From the human T2T-CHM13v2.0 reference genome, Homo sapiens, in assembly GCF_009914755.1 (NCBI RefSeq), contig NC_060947.1: a stretch of DNA of 64,000 nt. One strand, written 5' to 3'. Shown in pieces: positions 1-15,519 of the stretch. The notes beneath the pieces are model-generated. The model was not told where the DNA came from. It searched no databases and worked only from the letters and a program-made list of their open reading frames with translations. Every line of letters starts with the position of its first letter. Positions within the stretch are counted from its first letter, which is position 1. Made by a program: the position numbers and the translations under genes.

Positions 1-259
1 TACATCTTCTCTGGTGAACAGAGGCCCTGTGGTCCAGTAGAAAGGCTAGAGACTGGGTTTCAATCACAGTTCAGTCCCTTTCTGGCTACGTGATCCTGGG
101 CAACTTAAGTGACTCGATCAAGGCTTTCCAACTAGGAAGGATCAATCCAACAAGGAAATGTTTGAAACCAGTGCTCTTAATCATGATCCTACATTGCCAA
201 GCAGTGACACCAGGCTGCTGTGAATGTCCAGTATCCAACTGTGGAGAAGGAACCACTTC

Positions 260-441
260 TTACACTACATGCCCAGGTCTGGGCTCCTCATCTGGCCAGT
301 ATTATCTCATTTAATCCCTCAACAGATCTCATTTTACAGAGGAGACACTGGAGCACAGAGATATTAGGCGAATTGGCAAGGTCACACAGCTGAGAAGGAG
401 CAGAGCCTGGACTCAAAACTGGATCTATCTGGCTCCAGAGC
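260..441 (-). mobile_element. MIR SINE fragment
   Basis: MIR core in antisense: ctcattttacagaggagacactg...aaggtcacacagctg...ctggactcaaa. Confidence 0.7.
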
Positions 442-1235
442 CTATAAGGCAATAACGATAGAGGAGGTGAAGATACATGCTGTAGGTTTCAGCAAACATT
501 TGTTCATTTGTTCATTCATTCACTCATCAGCAAAATGAGATTATGGAATCAAAAAAGTGTGAGTGCCTACTCTGTTCCAGGAGCAGAGAACAGGCCCCTG
601 GAGGTCTCAAAACAGAAGAGGAAAGAAAAAAGAAGGTGATCCCACCAATATCTTGGCAGAAACAGGGAGATGGGGTTCAGAGATTTCTGTAAGACAAGAA
701 ATTGCTGGCCAGACGTCTCTCTATGGGAGCAACGCAGAGGCCTAGAGAGAAGCTGGTGATATTGGGGCACTGTTATCTTCCTGATCTCAAGTCTTCAAGA
801 ATAAGCAATAGCAGTGACAGCAAGGCCATCCTCAAACCCCTTGGAAAATAGAAACCCAATATCCCTCATAAATCTACCATTAAGGCACTCAAAAATGAAG
901 TCTGTGGTGCTAGGATGAGGCCCCGGGGGTAGGACTTGTCTGAAATGCTCTGTGAACCAGGCTTTGCACGGAGAGCAGGATAATCAGACCTTCCTGGCCT
1001 TCTTTCCTGGCCTCATTATCCAGAGTTAACAGTTCTAACAGAGAGGGGAGCAACCCAGAGAGCTGACCCAGGTCAAAAGTAACAAGAGAAATGGAGGAAA
1101 AACAGGTAGAATCTTCTCAAGGGTAGAGTATAGCCCATTTCTTTAGGCTGAGTTGTCTAAGGTGCTCTTCTTTACCTTTCTTTTCTTTCAGTTTGATGGT
1201 AATTGACTCAGATGTTTAAAATATAGGTATTAGGG

Positions 1236-3045
<1,810 letters not shown>

Positions 3046-3749
3046 ACAAATGTAATATGAGCTATTTGAGTACTAGATTGGAGATGATTCCACACAGGAT
3101 CTTGGAGCCTGTTGGTCTCTCTGCCTGGAATGCTTTTCTGTATTCTCACGTTGTTGAATTCTTGGCATTAAGACAGTTTGCCTGGCACCTCGTTGAGGCC
3201 TTTCCTGACTCCCCAATCTACGTGTTCTCCACCACATGACACCGTGTTCATCTTCATTTGGGACATTTTCCCCCAGCTCCTGGTTGTCTCCCCACTAGCA
3301 TCTAAACCCCATAAGGGTGATGCTTTATGTCTGTCTTGATCCCTGATACTTCCCCAGCATGTACAACAGCTCCTGGCATATATTAGATTCGCAAACATCA
3401 TGTTAGGGGTGAACCAATGCATAGGTGTAAAGATTGGGCATGACCTCCATTCCTGAGTAAGCACATGATTAATTTTCTGGGGTTCCTCCCTTGCAAAGAA
3501 ACCAAAACATTCAAGAAATGATTTAAAAGACTTACAAATGCTTAAAGTAGAGATGATTATGAAAGCAAACGGCCTCTCCTTTAACTCTCTGAGGGGCTTT
3601 CATGGGGCAGAAAGTACAGACTTTGTGTGGCTCTAACATGCAGAAGTAGGACCAGCGGAGAACATTTTCCCAGGAGGACTTCCTAACGATAAGAGATTCC
3701 TGAAAATGGCAATCCCTGCTTCTGCTCCCAGACAAGTTTCAAAAGAGAA

Positions 3750-4640
3750 GAGAGAGCACCACAACAAAAAACAACCAGCCCACTTAGCAATTGGACAAAG
3801 GATTTGATTAAACATTGCTCCAAAGAGGATATACAAATGGCCAACAAGCACATGAAAAGATGTATAACGCTATTAGTCATTAGGGAAATGCAATTCAAAA
3901 CCACAATGAGATACCATTTCACACCCATTTGGATGACTTATTTAAAAAAAAAAAAAAGAAAAAGAAAAAGAAAAGCAAGTGTTGGCAAGGATGTACATGA
4001 ATTAGAATGCTTGTACATTCCTGGCAGGAATGCAAAATGGTGCAGCCATTGTAGGAAAACCGTTTGGTGATTCCTCAATAAGTTTAACAGAATTAACTTA
4101 TGACCTAATATTTCCACTCTTAGGTATATACCCAATAGAATCACAAACAAGTATATCAACAAAAACTTGTATATGAATGTTCATAGCAGCATTATTCACA
4201 ACAGCCAAAAGGTAGAAACAACCCAAATGTTCAACAGATGAATGCATGAACAAAATGTGCTATATCCACACAGGAAAATAGTATTTAGCCATAAAAAGGA
4301 ATGAAGTACTAGTATGTGCTACAACGTGTATGAACCACGCAAACATTTTGCTAAGTGAAGGAAGCCAGTCACAAAAGGCCACATTTATTTGATTCCATTT
4401 ATAAGAAATATCCAGAACAGACAAAGCCACAGAGAGAGTTGCCAGGGGATTAGGGGCTAAGATATAGGAAGTGACTGCTAATGGGTATGGGGTCTTCTCT
4501 TTTGGTAACAAAAATGTTCTGGGACTAGATAATGGTGATGGTTGCCCAATGTTGTGAATGTCCTAAATGCTGCTGAATTGTACACCTTAAAATGGTTATG
4601 ATGGTAGATTTCGGTTATGTACACTTTACCACAATAAAAC
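3750..4640 (+). mobile_element. L1M (L1MB/MC-like) ORF2 end and 3'UTR
   Basis: Translates to an L1 ORF2 C-terminal relic (KEDIQMANKHMKRC...IREMQFKTTMRYHFTP); ends in tttaccacaataaaa. Confidence 0.9.
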
Positions 4641-5444
4641 GGAGATTAAGGAGAGATGGCCTCTTGGCAGAGGAGCTGAAGAGGGGCTTCCTAGGGGCAG
4701 GGGCAGCATGAATCCTCTGTGAAGTCTTTTTCAAAGCCTGTGTTCTGTAAGAGCAGAGGCTCACCACATGTACCCTTTCTGATGGCTCCCGGTATGAAAA
4801 CTTCAGGAGGCTCCCTCATCTTTCCCTTGTCCCAGTCCAGGCTTCCCAGGGTGTGAAGAGAAGGCCCAGTGTCTTGTCGTTGAGTTAGAGCCCCAGGATG
4901 TTGAGAACTCCTGCTGTGACCATAAGGAAATCAGGCTTCAGTTGGAAATGAGACCCGAGAGGACTTGAGAAAGATGATAATTTGCCCATGGCTGGAAGGA
5001 GACAGATGGTCCCCTGCTGGTGGTGAGGAGAAGGTACAGTTAGCCAAGGCTGGCCAGAAGCTGACTTCTGCCACAGGCCACGTTCTTGCTGTCCCCCCCC
5101 ACCCCCACTCTGATGCCACCATATCTGACTGTGGTGTCACTGCAGGCGTCTTTGGAGGGGCAGTAGCAAGGACCTCCCTCACTGCCACAGGCCCGAGAAG
5201 CCAATTGGCAGGATGGACCTCCACCAAAGAGGTAGAGTCCCTGACCATACTAGCCACAAAGACCCTTCACTGCTCCCACCCCTAAGCCCTGGCCATGGTA
5301 ACTTGTGAAATTGTGCTAGCCTATATGACCAGCTTGCTTTATGAACTTGGGCAGGTTCCTTCCTCCTCCACGCCCCCATGCATCAGTTTCCCCACTTAGA
5401 GATGAAGAGTTTTGATTAAACTCTCAAGATCTTAGTGGCAACAC

Positions 5445-5710
5445 TTAGTTCGAGAGAATGGTTCTGTTTTGGAGTTCTGGAGCCAGACTCTATGGATTCA
5501 AATCCTTCTGCTGCCACTTACCAACTACATGATCTCAAAGCGATTTACTTCCACTGAGCCCCAATCTACTCATTGGTAAACTGGGCGTAATAATAAGATC
5601 TGCCCCAGAGGGTGGCTGCAAGGAACAAGTGAAATACTCCACTATAGGGAAAGCAGCTGGCCCAGTGCCTGCCACGTGGTCAGTTCTCAATGAGTGTTAG
5701 GTATTAGCAT
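5445..5710 (+). mobile_element. MIR SINE
   Basis: ctggagccagactc...ttcaaatcc...ctgagccccaatctactcattggtaaactggg...cagtgcctgccacgtggtcagttctcaatga. Confidence 0.75.
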
Positions 5711-6795
5711 CTTATTAGCACACAGTCTCTCTTGGTCCTGAAATGCACCTAATGCCTACAGATCATTACAAGTGCTGCCAAACTTAAATCCTGAAGCTGT
5801 TGTAAAGGAGGGGCATCCCCCTTTCCATAAATCCTTTGAGAATAATCCAATCAAGATTGATTTCATTTTTCATGATGGCAGGACCTGGGGATTGGAGAAC
5901 CCACCACACACAGCTCTCCTGAGGTCTAGGAGGGTGTAGCTGGAAAGAGAGGGCTGTTTCCTCGGCATCTGGGCACTTGGCTGGATTCTACATTCCTGGG
6001 GAGGCTGTTTCTGATACAGAACTGATTATTCTAATCAAGGCACTGCAGTGCTCAAACTGTTAAATATAAATAGGTTAGAACAGTGTGAAAGTGTGGCTGA
6101 AAGGAATTAAATGCGAGCAGACTTTCCAGAGAGGAGTCTAAAATAAGCACGTGGGTAGCATGCAGAAATAGCAATAAAAGAAACCCCAGGCTCTGAGTGA
6201 TGTGGCCGCTGCAAATGAGGCTCCACATGGTCCCAAAGCAATCACTCTTCGAGACGCAATCTGGAGGCTGCCAACAAACCCAGAATGAGATCTTCTTCAG
6301 TCTAGGGAAAACCACAAATGGGTGGGACAATGAAGTGCAGTAAGGATGCCCATAAGAAGGGAACCTGTGTGCCACTAAAGGCACTCTAGGGCTCTTGGTA
6401 GTAGACAAATGAAGGTCCTTTCTGCATGGGGGCTCCAAGGATTCCTGCTGCAAGAAAGCCCGGAATAACAAGATCAGGACTCTAGAACAAATCTGGAAGT
6501 TCGAAGTTACCTTGGACTTGGCCACAGGATAGGGGCAGGAAGCTTACAGGAAACAGGGGACCAAGGCATGTGAAACAGCCGTAGGTGGCCTTGAGCAAAC
6601 ATGTCCTGGGGAAGTAATACTGGAGACAGTCACTCAAAATCCCTCTCCCCATCACCTCTAGTGGATGCAAGTAGGAGACTGTATCTCGTTCTCTTCTGTT
6701 ATTAGGCAGGCTCTGGCAAAATTTGAGAAGCCCCAGCATGTTGGAATAGAAAGTGGCCTTTGGCATCAGATGAACTTGAATTTCCATTCTACCTC

Positions 6796-7582
6796 TGTTA
6801 TGGGTTGAATTATGTCCCCACAAAGTTCATATGCTGAAGTCCTCATTGTCAGTACCTCAGAGGGTGACGTTATTTGGAGATGGGGTTGTTGCAGATGGAA
6901 TGAGTTCTGTTAGAATAAGGTCATACTAGAATGGGTAGGTCCTACTCCAATCTGACTAGGGTCCTAACAAGAAGGGAACATTTGGGCCGGGCACGGTGGC
7001 TCACACCTGTATCCCAGCACTTTGGGAGGCCGAGGCGGGCAGATCAGCTGAGGTCAGAAGTTCAAGACCAGCCTGGCCAACATGGTGAAACCCCATCTCT
7101 ACTAAAAATACAAAAATTAGCCTGGTGTGGTGGTGGGCATCTGTAGTCCCAGCTACTCAGGAGGCTGAGGCAGGAGAATCGCTTGAACCCAGGAGGCAGA
7201 GGTTGTAGTGAGCCAAGATCATGCCACTACACTCTAGCCTGGGTGACAGACTGAGACTCCATCTCAAAAAAAGAAAAAAAAGAAGGGGACATTTGGACAC
7301 AGAGACGGAGACACAGGGAGAACACCATGTGAAGATGAAGGCAGAGATTAGGGTGATGCTTCTATAAGCCAAGGAACAATGCCAAAGATTGTTAGCAAAC
7401 TCCCAGAAACTAAATGAGGGGCCCGGAACAGATTCTGCCTCACAACACTCAGAAGGAACCTACCCTGCTGACACCTTAATCTCAGACTTCCAGCTTCCAG
7501 AACTGTGTGTGAAACAGTCCATTTCTGTTGTTTGAGTCCCTCTTTGTGGTACTTTGTGAGGCAACTGGAGCAAACTAAGACA
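6796..7582 (+). mobile_element. MaLR solo LTR (MLT1B/C-like), interrupted by an Alu
   Basis: tgttatgggttgaattatgtcccc start and caaactaagaca end; typical internal MLT1 motifs. Confidence 0.9.
6985..7281 (+). mobile_element. AluS inserted in the MLT1 LTR
   Basis: Full dimer; TSD aagaaggg(a/g)acatttg at 6969-6984 and 7280-7295. Confidence 0.97.
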
Positions 7583-8199
7583 CCCTTCCTCCATAGCTTG
7601 GCCAATTGCACAGAGTGGGCAGAGAGGCTAAGCCACTCTATCTCTTGAGGTCATGGAGAGGCCAGACCAGGGAAGGCTGATCTAGAAGCTGAGCTGGCCA
7701 TGGAGGAGAGGAGGAAGGTGCTTCTCCAAGGGCACTCAGTGGCCAAGTTAGAGCCTTCCTGGGTTCTCAACTCCTTGCCTTTTCTCCTCCCCAATACCCC
7801 AGAGGACCCCAGACTTCTCTGGGAAGGAAAATGAAAGGAAATTATGGTGGTAAAGTGCTCAGCCCAGTGCCTGGTAGAGCAGACAGAGTGTAGGAGTTGG
7901 TCTCCCTTTCCTGAGTGGTGGGAAAGGCTAATGATTCCACTTAGGGGTCCACAAGGCTTGGGAATGCCCACACCCCCACTAGCCTACAAAGGAAGAAGCC
8001 AGGGCAAGGCACTCAAAGTGGCAGGTCCAGAACAGCAGGCACTTCCACTCCACACCCATGTCGGGGGTGGGGTCACACCAACTCCCCCGTCTCCATTTGG
8101 CGAGGTTGTCAGGTTTGTAACCCCAGGCAGGGGGCTGTACAGGGCCTACTTTCCTTCATTAGTCCTCATGCCTATCTCTAAGGCAGGCGTCATCATCCG

Positions 8200-8608
8200 T
8201 GATATAGTTTTGATATTTTTCTCCTCCAAATCTCATGTTGAAATGTAATCAATCCCCAGTGTTGAAGGTGGGACCTAGTGGAAGGTGTTTGGATCATGGA
8301 GGCGGATTCCTCATGAATGGCTAGCGCCATCCCCTTGGTGATGAATGAGTTCAGGGGAGATCTGGTTGTTTAAGTGTATGTGGCACTTCCCTGCTCTCTC
8401 TGTTGCTCCTGCTATCATCATATGATGTGCCTGCTCCCTTTTTGCCTTCTGCCATGATTGTAGGCTTCCTGAGGTCTTCACCAGAGGCAGATGCTGGCGC
8501 TGTGCTTCCTGTAAGCCTGCAGAACCTCTAGCCAATTAAACCTCTTTTCTTTATAAATTACCCAGCCTCAGGTATTTCTTTATAGCAATGCAAGAACGGA
8601 CTCACACA
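8200..8608 (+). mobile_element. MaLR solo LTR (MST family, MSTB-like)
   Basis: tgatatagttt...aaatctcatgttgaaatgtaat...attaaacctcttttctttataaattacccag...ctcacaca; 5-bp TSD atccg/atccc. Confidence 0.9.
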
Positions 8609-10499
8609 ATCCCTAAGAATTAGAATCACCCATTCAAGGGCCCAACGATCTCATCAGTGGTGAAGTCAAGCTGCAGGGGGAGGTGGGATGGGAATCTGAG
8701 TCCATCTGATGATAAAGGCCACCTTTTCCCACCCCCAACATGCTGGGTCTCCCTAACAACTGAAGAGAATGAAATGCAGGCCCTGGGGGCAGTCTGGGGG
8801 CACAGCCCAAAGTTGCCGTTTTGACACCTTATGCTATAGCTCCAAGATTCAGTGAAGTTTGCATTCTAAAACATAATACATCCATGTTTGTTTAAATATA
8901 AGAAAGTAATATTTATGTTACCTACCAGTTAAATTAACCCTCCCTGCCCTGCCGCATTTTAGAGCAAAATTGACCCTCCAGGGGAATGGGTCATAGGCTG
9001 TAAGGCTCCCAGCTGGAGACCCCTGGCATTCTACCATGCTGCCATTGAACACTGACAAGTCCTGTCACTTCCCTATTCGAAGGGAGCAGGAATTGCTTCC
9101 AGCATACTGCCCTTAGGACTTAAGCCAAGAGCATCACTGCTCACTGCCCCCCTCCCCCAGCCCTACATCTGGCACCTGTTCATCCAGCAGGCCCTACGCC
9201 TCCCTTACCAGGCCCTGTGTGTGCTCCCTACCCCTGTGAGGGCTCGGGGCCTTGCAAACCTCTGCCAGGCAGTGGTCCAGCTCCGCCACATGTTTCCAAT
9301 GCCTGGCAATGAGCCCTGCCTACCTGCCTACCACCACTTGGGATGCCAGAGCCGTGCCTGGGGACCAGAGGCACTCGGTGGGATTGGCATGACTTATCTC
9401 TCCTGGCCTTATCTCTTGATAGAGGATCATCACTAACTTGCTCATTCTCAAGAGTATTTACTGTATGCCAGGTACTTGTAAGTGACAACAAGAAGTGGTC
9501 ACAGGGTCGTGGGAGGAAAAGATGTTATAGTACAGGATGGTAAGTGCTGTGGCCCAGGCAAACTCAGGGGGCTATGACCACAAGGAAGGAAGCCAAGCCT
9601 AGCCAGAGGAGAGGGCACAGAGGAGGTGTCACTCCTGGAGGAAGTGATATCTATGATAAGCCTGGAAGACCCCCATGAGTCTGGGGAAGGAAGAGCATTC
9701 CAACCTAAGCCTGTGGCAGCACACACTCCTAGCATGGGCTGCCCTTTCAACGATCCAAGAAGCCACTAGCCTTTTTAGCTAAGGATCCCCAAGCACCGCC
9801 ACAAGGCTGGCAGGCCTAGTATACTAGGGTTAGCACCCAAGAGCACATCAGCCCCGTTTGTCAAGGCAGGGCCCCCTTGGCCCAGGCTGAGTGATCCATG
9901 GTTGTCTCATTGGTGGGGCATTCTCCTCACCTCCATGCACATGCACATGCCCATGGCAGAGGAGGGTGGCAAATTACAGAGTGCCCAGAAAATCACTTGA
10001 GGCCACAGGCTGTGTCCCTAGAAAGTAGCTTGTGTATACGTGGGATCCTATAAAGCAAATGTTCTCTTCCCCTCGGCCACAGTGATTGTGATTTCAGAGG
10101 AATTTTAGGTTTATGGTAGAGGGAAGTGTTCTCCAGCTGGCTCAGTCAAGCCCCAAAGAGTTTACCCACAGTGGCCCCAAGAGGGCCTCCTGGGCTCCGG
10201 ACTGTCTGACGTATGTGCCCATTTCATGACCGAATGGCTGAGGGTTCCAGCAGAACCCTGGGAAAAGTTTGGCAAAGGCTGGGGGCTGGATGCTGGTATC
10301 ACATCATTTGCCTTCTCCAAGCTGCACCAGGAAACCCCCCAGGTCCTCCCCTGCAGAAATGTAGTGGCCTTGGGCGCTGGGTTCCAGTCCTCTGTTTAAT
10401 GGGCCACTGGGGACATGTGAATGGATTTATCCTGTACTACTGGAGGTGAGGGTTGTGGGTGTGATGGGGGGATACGTTTCCCTAGGTTAGCTCTCCTGA

Positions 10500-10694
10500 C
10501 ACTGAGAGATCATAGCTGCACTGAGGGCAGAGACCTTGGCCTTTGTCTCCAGTACCCAGCTAGCTTAGCGCCTGGCACATAGTAGGTGCCCAAAAGATAT
10601 TTGTCACACAAATAAATGAATGAGTATGTGGATGGATGGATGGATGGATGGATGGATGGATGGATGGATGGAAGGACAGATGGATGGATGGATG
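10500..10694 (+). repeat. L2 3' end running into a (TGGA)n microsatellite
   Basis: gcctggcacatagtaggtgccc...aataaatgaatga followed by (tgga)n at ~10629-10694. Confidence 0.85.
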
Positions 10695-13059
10695 GGGAGG
10701 AAATCTGGGTGATAAAGGGCAGGTTGGGAGATGACAGGAAGACTTATAGAAAGTGTGGGCTCGCATTCTGGAGGGGTCCTTGGGAGGTAGGAAGTTGTAT
10801 CTGGGCAGCCCAGTGAATGATAACTGGTGCCAGGTAACTGCCAAGCGCTTCATATGCATGGGCCCATCTACCCCTCAGCATCCCACGAAATGCTCAGTAG
10901 AATCCTTTGAGGTGAGGACTCTCACTCCTCCCCAGCCACCACTATAGATGAGATAACTGAGGCTTAGAAAGCTAAGGTAACTTGTCCGGGCCCCAAGCTA
11001 CTAAGTAGCAGAGCTGGAATTCAAACCTAGGCTGAGCCTCAGAGTCCCCTGAGCAGATGGGGAAGTGAGGAGGCAGGGATCCTGTCCCCAACACCTAACC
11101 AGAGCAAGTTCATTGTGATCCATTTTTCTACAGGGACTTCACCTAAAATTTCCCCTGAAAGACAGATCCGCTGCTTTTGCACTGCACTGCGCCCTGACTT
11201 GGGCCGTAACTAAGATCCTGCCTCTCCTGACACAACAAGGGACTCATAACCCCTAGGCAAGTCCCCTCTGTTTGAACCCCCAACCAGTGCCCCTCTGGGA
11301 CCTGGGGAGATTCCTATGTCACTGTGTGGTTGAGAGGAGATCCAGTGCCTGGTGCAGCCCTAGCCCAGGCCTGGTGCTGAGAAAGTGCTCTGGAAACAGG
11401 CTGTATTAGGATGACCCACAAGCATTATTAATAACCAGACAGAGGGCACCGGTGTGTGTCAAACCCAGAAGGTGAGACAAGGACAGGCAGGCAAAGGAGG
11501 AGTGAAGTCAGTGGCTAAGAAAGGCCAGTGTGAGGGAGGGAGGATGGGTCAGACCTGAGCGGGCCCAGCTACTTAAAGAAGCCACAAAGGCCTGCCTCTG
11601 GTCAGCCCAGGCTCCCTGTGGCTGCTGGCCCGGGCTTTCCCCTGGGGGGAAACAGCTCAGGCTTTGTGCTACTTCGATGCTCACACACAGGCACACCCAC
11701 TTCCATGGGCCCCTGCACATGGGAACCCATGCGTATTGATGGCCTTCCTCATCCACACCCCATGTCATTCTCATCCCCATGCGTACACCATTCAGACGTT
11801 GCGCCAACCAACCACTCCTCCACTCCCCTTCATTTAACAAATACCACAAAGCAGCCCTTCTGGGACAATCCCTGGGGCTACAGAAGACCCAAGACAACCC
11901 CTGTCCTCTCAGAACTGACAGTAAAAACCTCAATGACCACACAGTGGCTACACAGTGCTGTGACAGAGTGAAGCACGGAGGTTGAGGGAGCCTTGAGAAG
12001 GAGCTACCTGACTCAGCCTGGAGGCGTGGGCAGGGATGGAGCCTGGCGACACACAGCTCCGGATGAAACTTGGGAACCTAGCTTTAAGCCAAACAGCATG
12101 TGGTGTTTCCTTCCATGACAGTCACTGATCCAGGGGTGAGCAGGTGAACTAGGCAGACCCATCAAGATCTTTACTGACTCTCTCACCCAGTGAATTCCAA
12201 CAAGGAGTTGTACAGCCAGAATCGCTATAGACAGTCATGTTAGGGACACAAGGGGAATCAGCCTTCAGATGAATGCCATGGATGGCAACAAAGAGAAGCA
12301 GAAAGAATCTGGGCGCTTGGAGATAGAGTTGGGCCAGCCCTATCTTTGGACTTCCTGTCTCATGAGCTAATAACTTTCCTAATTGTTTAAAATTTTGAAA
12401 GCAGGCATAGGTGCATTGCAAGCTGAGACAATGGGCCAAGAGAGGCTCCCGGGACTGGATTGTCAGACATCTTACAGGGCCTAGGTGGCGACTTTGAGAT
12501 GCTGTAAAGCCAAAACCAGGAGGCTTCCACCCAGCCCATCGAGAGCAGCTCAGGGCAGACCTGGAGCACAGCTGCTGTGGCTTCAGGAACTTGGTCTGTT
12601 GTCCTGGGACTTGGGCCATGTCTCAGAGTGACTGATAGTGTCGCACAGCAGGCTCATGTCTCCCTGGCCCCTCTGGACTCCAGGGCCTGGCTCACCGAGG
12701 CCCACTCCCTTCTCCACTCCAGAATGCAGGCCCTGGCTGGTGAGGTGACGGGAGAGAGGTGTGGAGGGGGAGCGAGCGTTGGGCAAGTGGCGGAAGATGA
12801 GGCTAGAGACGGTGGAAGAGACGTGGGATCTGCAAATGTTCTGAAATGCAAGCTAGGGAGCTTGAATTTCATCCAGAAGGCAATGGGGAGGCCCAGGAAA
12901 GTTTTAAGCAGGGGCAGGACATGTTCAGATCTGCGCTTCAGAAACATCTCTCTGGCATCAGGAGATGTGATTGAAGGTTACGTTAATTAATGTATGGATT
13001 CTTCCCTATGTGCTTTCAAACTGGATTTGAGGCCAACTTCTAGGCACTAAGTTCAGAGA

Positions 13060-13220
13060 ATAGAGAGAATGGAGTTTGAACCATGGCCTCTCCGCTCACT
13101 TGCTGTATGACCTTGCACAAAGCTTTTCCTTGTCTGGGCCTCAGTTTTCCCATCTGTAAAATGGGAATAATAACATGCCTTGTCAGAATCGTTGTGAGAA
13201 TTAGAGGTTGTATAGCATGG
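13060..13220 (+). mobile_element. MIR SINE
   Basis: tgaccttgcacaa...cctcagttttcccatctgtaaaatgggaataataa MIR core. Confidence 0.85.
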
Positions 13221-13715
13221 AAAAATGAAATTGAGAAATAGAACTCTTCTTCTTTATTTATATATATCTGTTCCCTAGTTCACAGCTAAGGCCACTTTGT
13301 ACTTGGAGCATCTGAATAGCCCAGCAGAACAGCACCCTCTGGAGAGGCAAATGGCCACCCTGCATCCTATCCCAAGTGTATTCCAAATGGGACACAGGGT
13401 AGTGGGCACCAACCACTAGAAGGAGAGTTGCCGAGAAAATGAAAGAGCCACTTGTCTAACAGTCAATATCCCTTTCAGAATCAAGGCATGTTCTGGGTCA
13501 ACATCAATGGAGCAAGGCAGAGAGCTGAAATTCACCGTTCTATTTTCTTTTGAGTGACATGGAATGCTCTTTTTCTAAGCAAAGAAAAACAAAACAGCCC
13601 ATGCCATTGTTCTGATATCAATTCAAAGTACTTTTGGTGGGAGCAGTTCCCTCCCACTCCACCCTCCAAGGTTGATTCCCTTACAATCCACAGCAGCTGG
13701 ACAAGCTCCAGCTAC

Positions 13716-13906
13716 GCTTGCCAGAGAAAATGCAGGGAGCCCTGTTACATTTGTTTTTCAGACAAACAACGAATAATTTCATAGTATAAGTATGTTCCAA
13801 AGATCGCATGGAACATACTTCTACTACAAAAGATTTGTTGTTTATCTGACATTCAAATTTAACTGGGCATCCTGTATCTTTATTGACTAAAACTGGGAAA
13901 CCCTAG
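13716..13906. mobile_element. MER53 palindromic MITE
   Basis: tagtataagtatgttcca...tggaacatacttctacta centre; attcaaatttaactgggcatcctgtat arm matches the recalled MER53 consensus. Confidence 0.85.
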
Positions 13907-14311
13907 CTCCAGCCAAACCCTGCAGGAGTTAGACCAGCGCCTGGCCACAAATCTGGGTTACTAGGCAAATTGCAGGGGGCATAAAGCCTGCCTGAGCTCC
14001 AACCCCAGCTCTGCCCACGCCTCCAGAGGCAGCCATCTTGTGGATGGCACAGAAATTGGGAGGCAGCCAAGTACACTGCATCCTACCTGTGCTGGGCTAT
14101 GGAGGCAGGTGAAGGGAGTTGATCCCTCTGCACACCCAATTCTAAAAGCATCCGGTCTCGGGGGTGGGTACTTTTTGAACCACTACCCCAGACTGTCAGC
14201 CTCTGCTTCCCTCCCCCAGCCCCAGAAGCTGCCTGCAAGCTCAGCTGTGCCCAGTTTGGGAACCACTCCTGGCCAAGCAAGACAGTGCAGCAATAGCTCA
14301 CACAACACTTT

Positions 14312-14555
14312 TGTGTGTGTGTGTGTGACCAAGTCCTGCTCTGTCGCTCAGGCTGGAGTGCAGGGGCATGATCTCGGATCACTGCAACTTCGGCCTCCCA
14401 GGTTCAAGCCATTCTCCTGCCTCAGCATCCTGAGTAGCTGGGACTACAGGCGGGAGCCACTGTGCCCTGCTACTTTTTGTATTTTTGGTAGAGATGGTGT
14501 TTTGCCATGTTGGCCAGGCTGGTCTCAAAGTCCTGGCTTCAAGCGGTCTGCACCC
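14312..14555 (-). mobile_element. 5'-truncated Alu with (TG)n-converted tail
   Basis: Antisense Alu arms after (gt)n; probable TSD caacac(a)tttt. Confidence 0.9.
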
Positions 14556-14601
14556 AACACATTTTTGTGGAGCACCTACTGCACACCAGGCTGTCTGCTT
14601 G

Positions 14602-14605
<4 letters not shown>

Positions 14606-14647
<42 letters not shown>

Positions 14648-14653
14648 GAGAGA
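14606..14653. repeat. (GA)n microsatellite
   Basis: Direct observation. Confidence 0.97.
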
Positions 14654-15519
14654 CGGTGGTAAGCAAAGAAGGCACTGCCCCTATCCTCCAGGAGCTCAAA
14701 AACTGCTATTTGCCAAGGACTGCTTCTGTGCCAGACACTTTACAGGAGTCCTTGTGTTCAGGCCTCATAATAATCCTAGTGCTATTATGATCATCCTGTT
14801 TTATAAATGCAGATAAAGAGGCTCAGAAACAAGCTAGGAAAAGGGAGGTAGATTTCAACTGAGGTTTCTCAGACTCAAGGAGACAGGAAGTGCTCAGAGG
14901 GTGGAACCACAACACAGTGAATGTGCTGGGGATAACCCTGGGGAAGGAGGGGTCCCTCGTGTTTGGTGGAAGGGGGCGGGAGGCTTCTTAAAGGCGGAGG
15001 CATGCACAGCTGGCTCTGCAGAGCTGGAGGCCCTCTAAGGCAGCGAGGTGTGAAGGAGTGGACTTTGGGACAAAAAGGAGGTTTGTTTTACTACGTTGTT
15101 CAAACTTATGACATCCTCCCAAAGTGGGCACTGTCGTTATTTGGCTTGAGCCCCAGCTACGCTTGGCAGCGGAAGACAACAGCTTCCTCTCGCATGGCCC
15201 TGCCCTGGAGAATTGTCACAGCTCCTCAGATGGAGACATCACAGTTAGGAAGTGTCACCCAAGAAGCAAGTCTTCACCCCCAGCCACAACTGCCAGATTT
15301 CATTCATTCATCCATTTGTTTCTTCAGCAACAAGCACTTCCTAAGCACCTGCTAGCTGCCAGGTCCTATGCTGGGCATGGGGTGAGTGTGGGGTTGATGA
15401 ACCCTGTATTGATAGCGAACGGTATTGGGGCCCCCTCACTAACCATCCCTACCCCTCCCGCCACTCTTTCGGGCTCTAGGGATGCGGAACAGGGCAGACG
15501 CGGTTCTCAGAAGCTGCCC

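Noticed and set aside
14040-14816. 258-aa ORF
   Set aside because: Reads through (TG)n, an antisense Alu and (GA)n; composite repeat artefact
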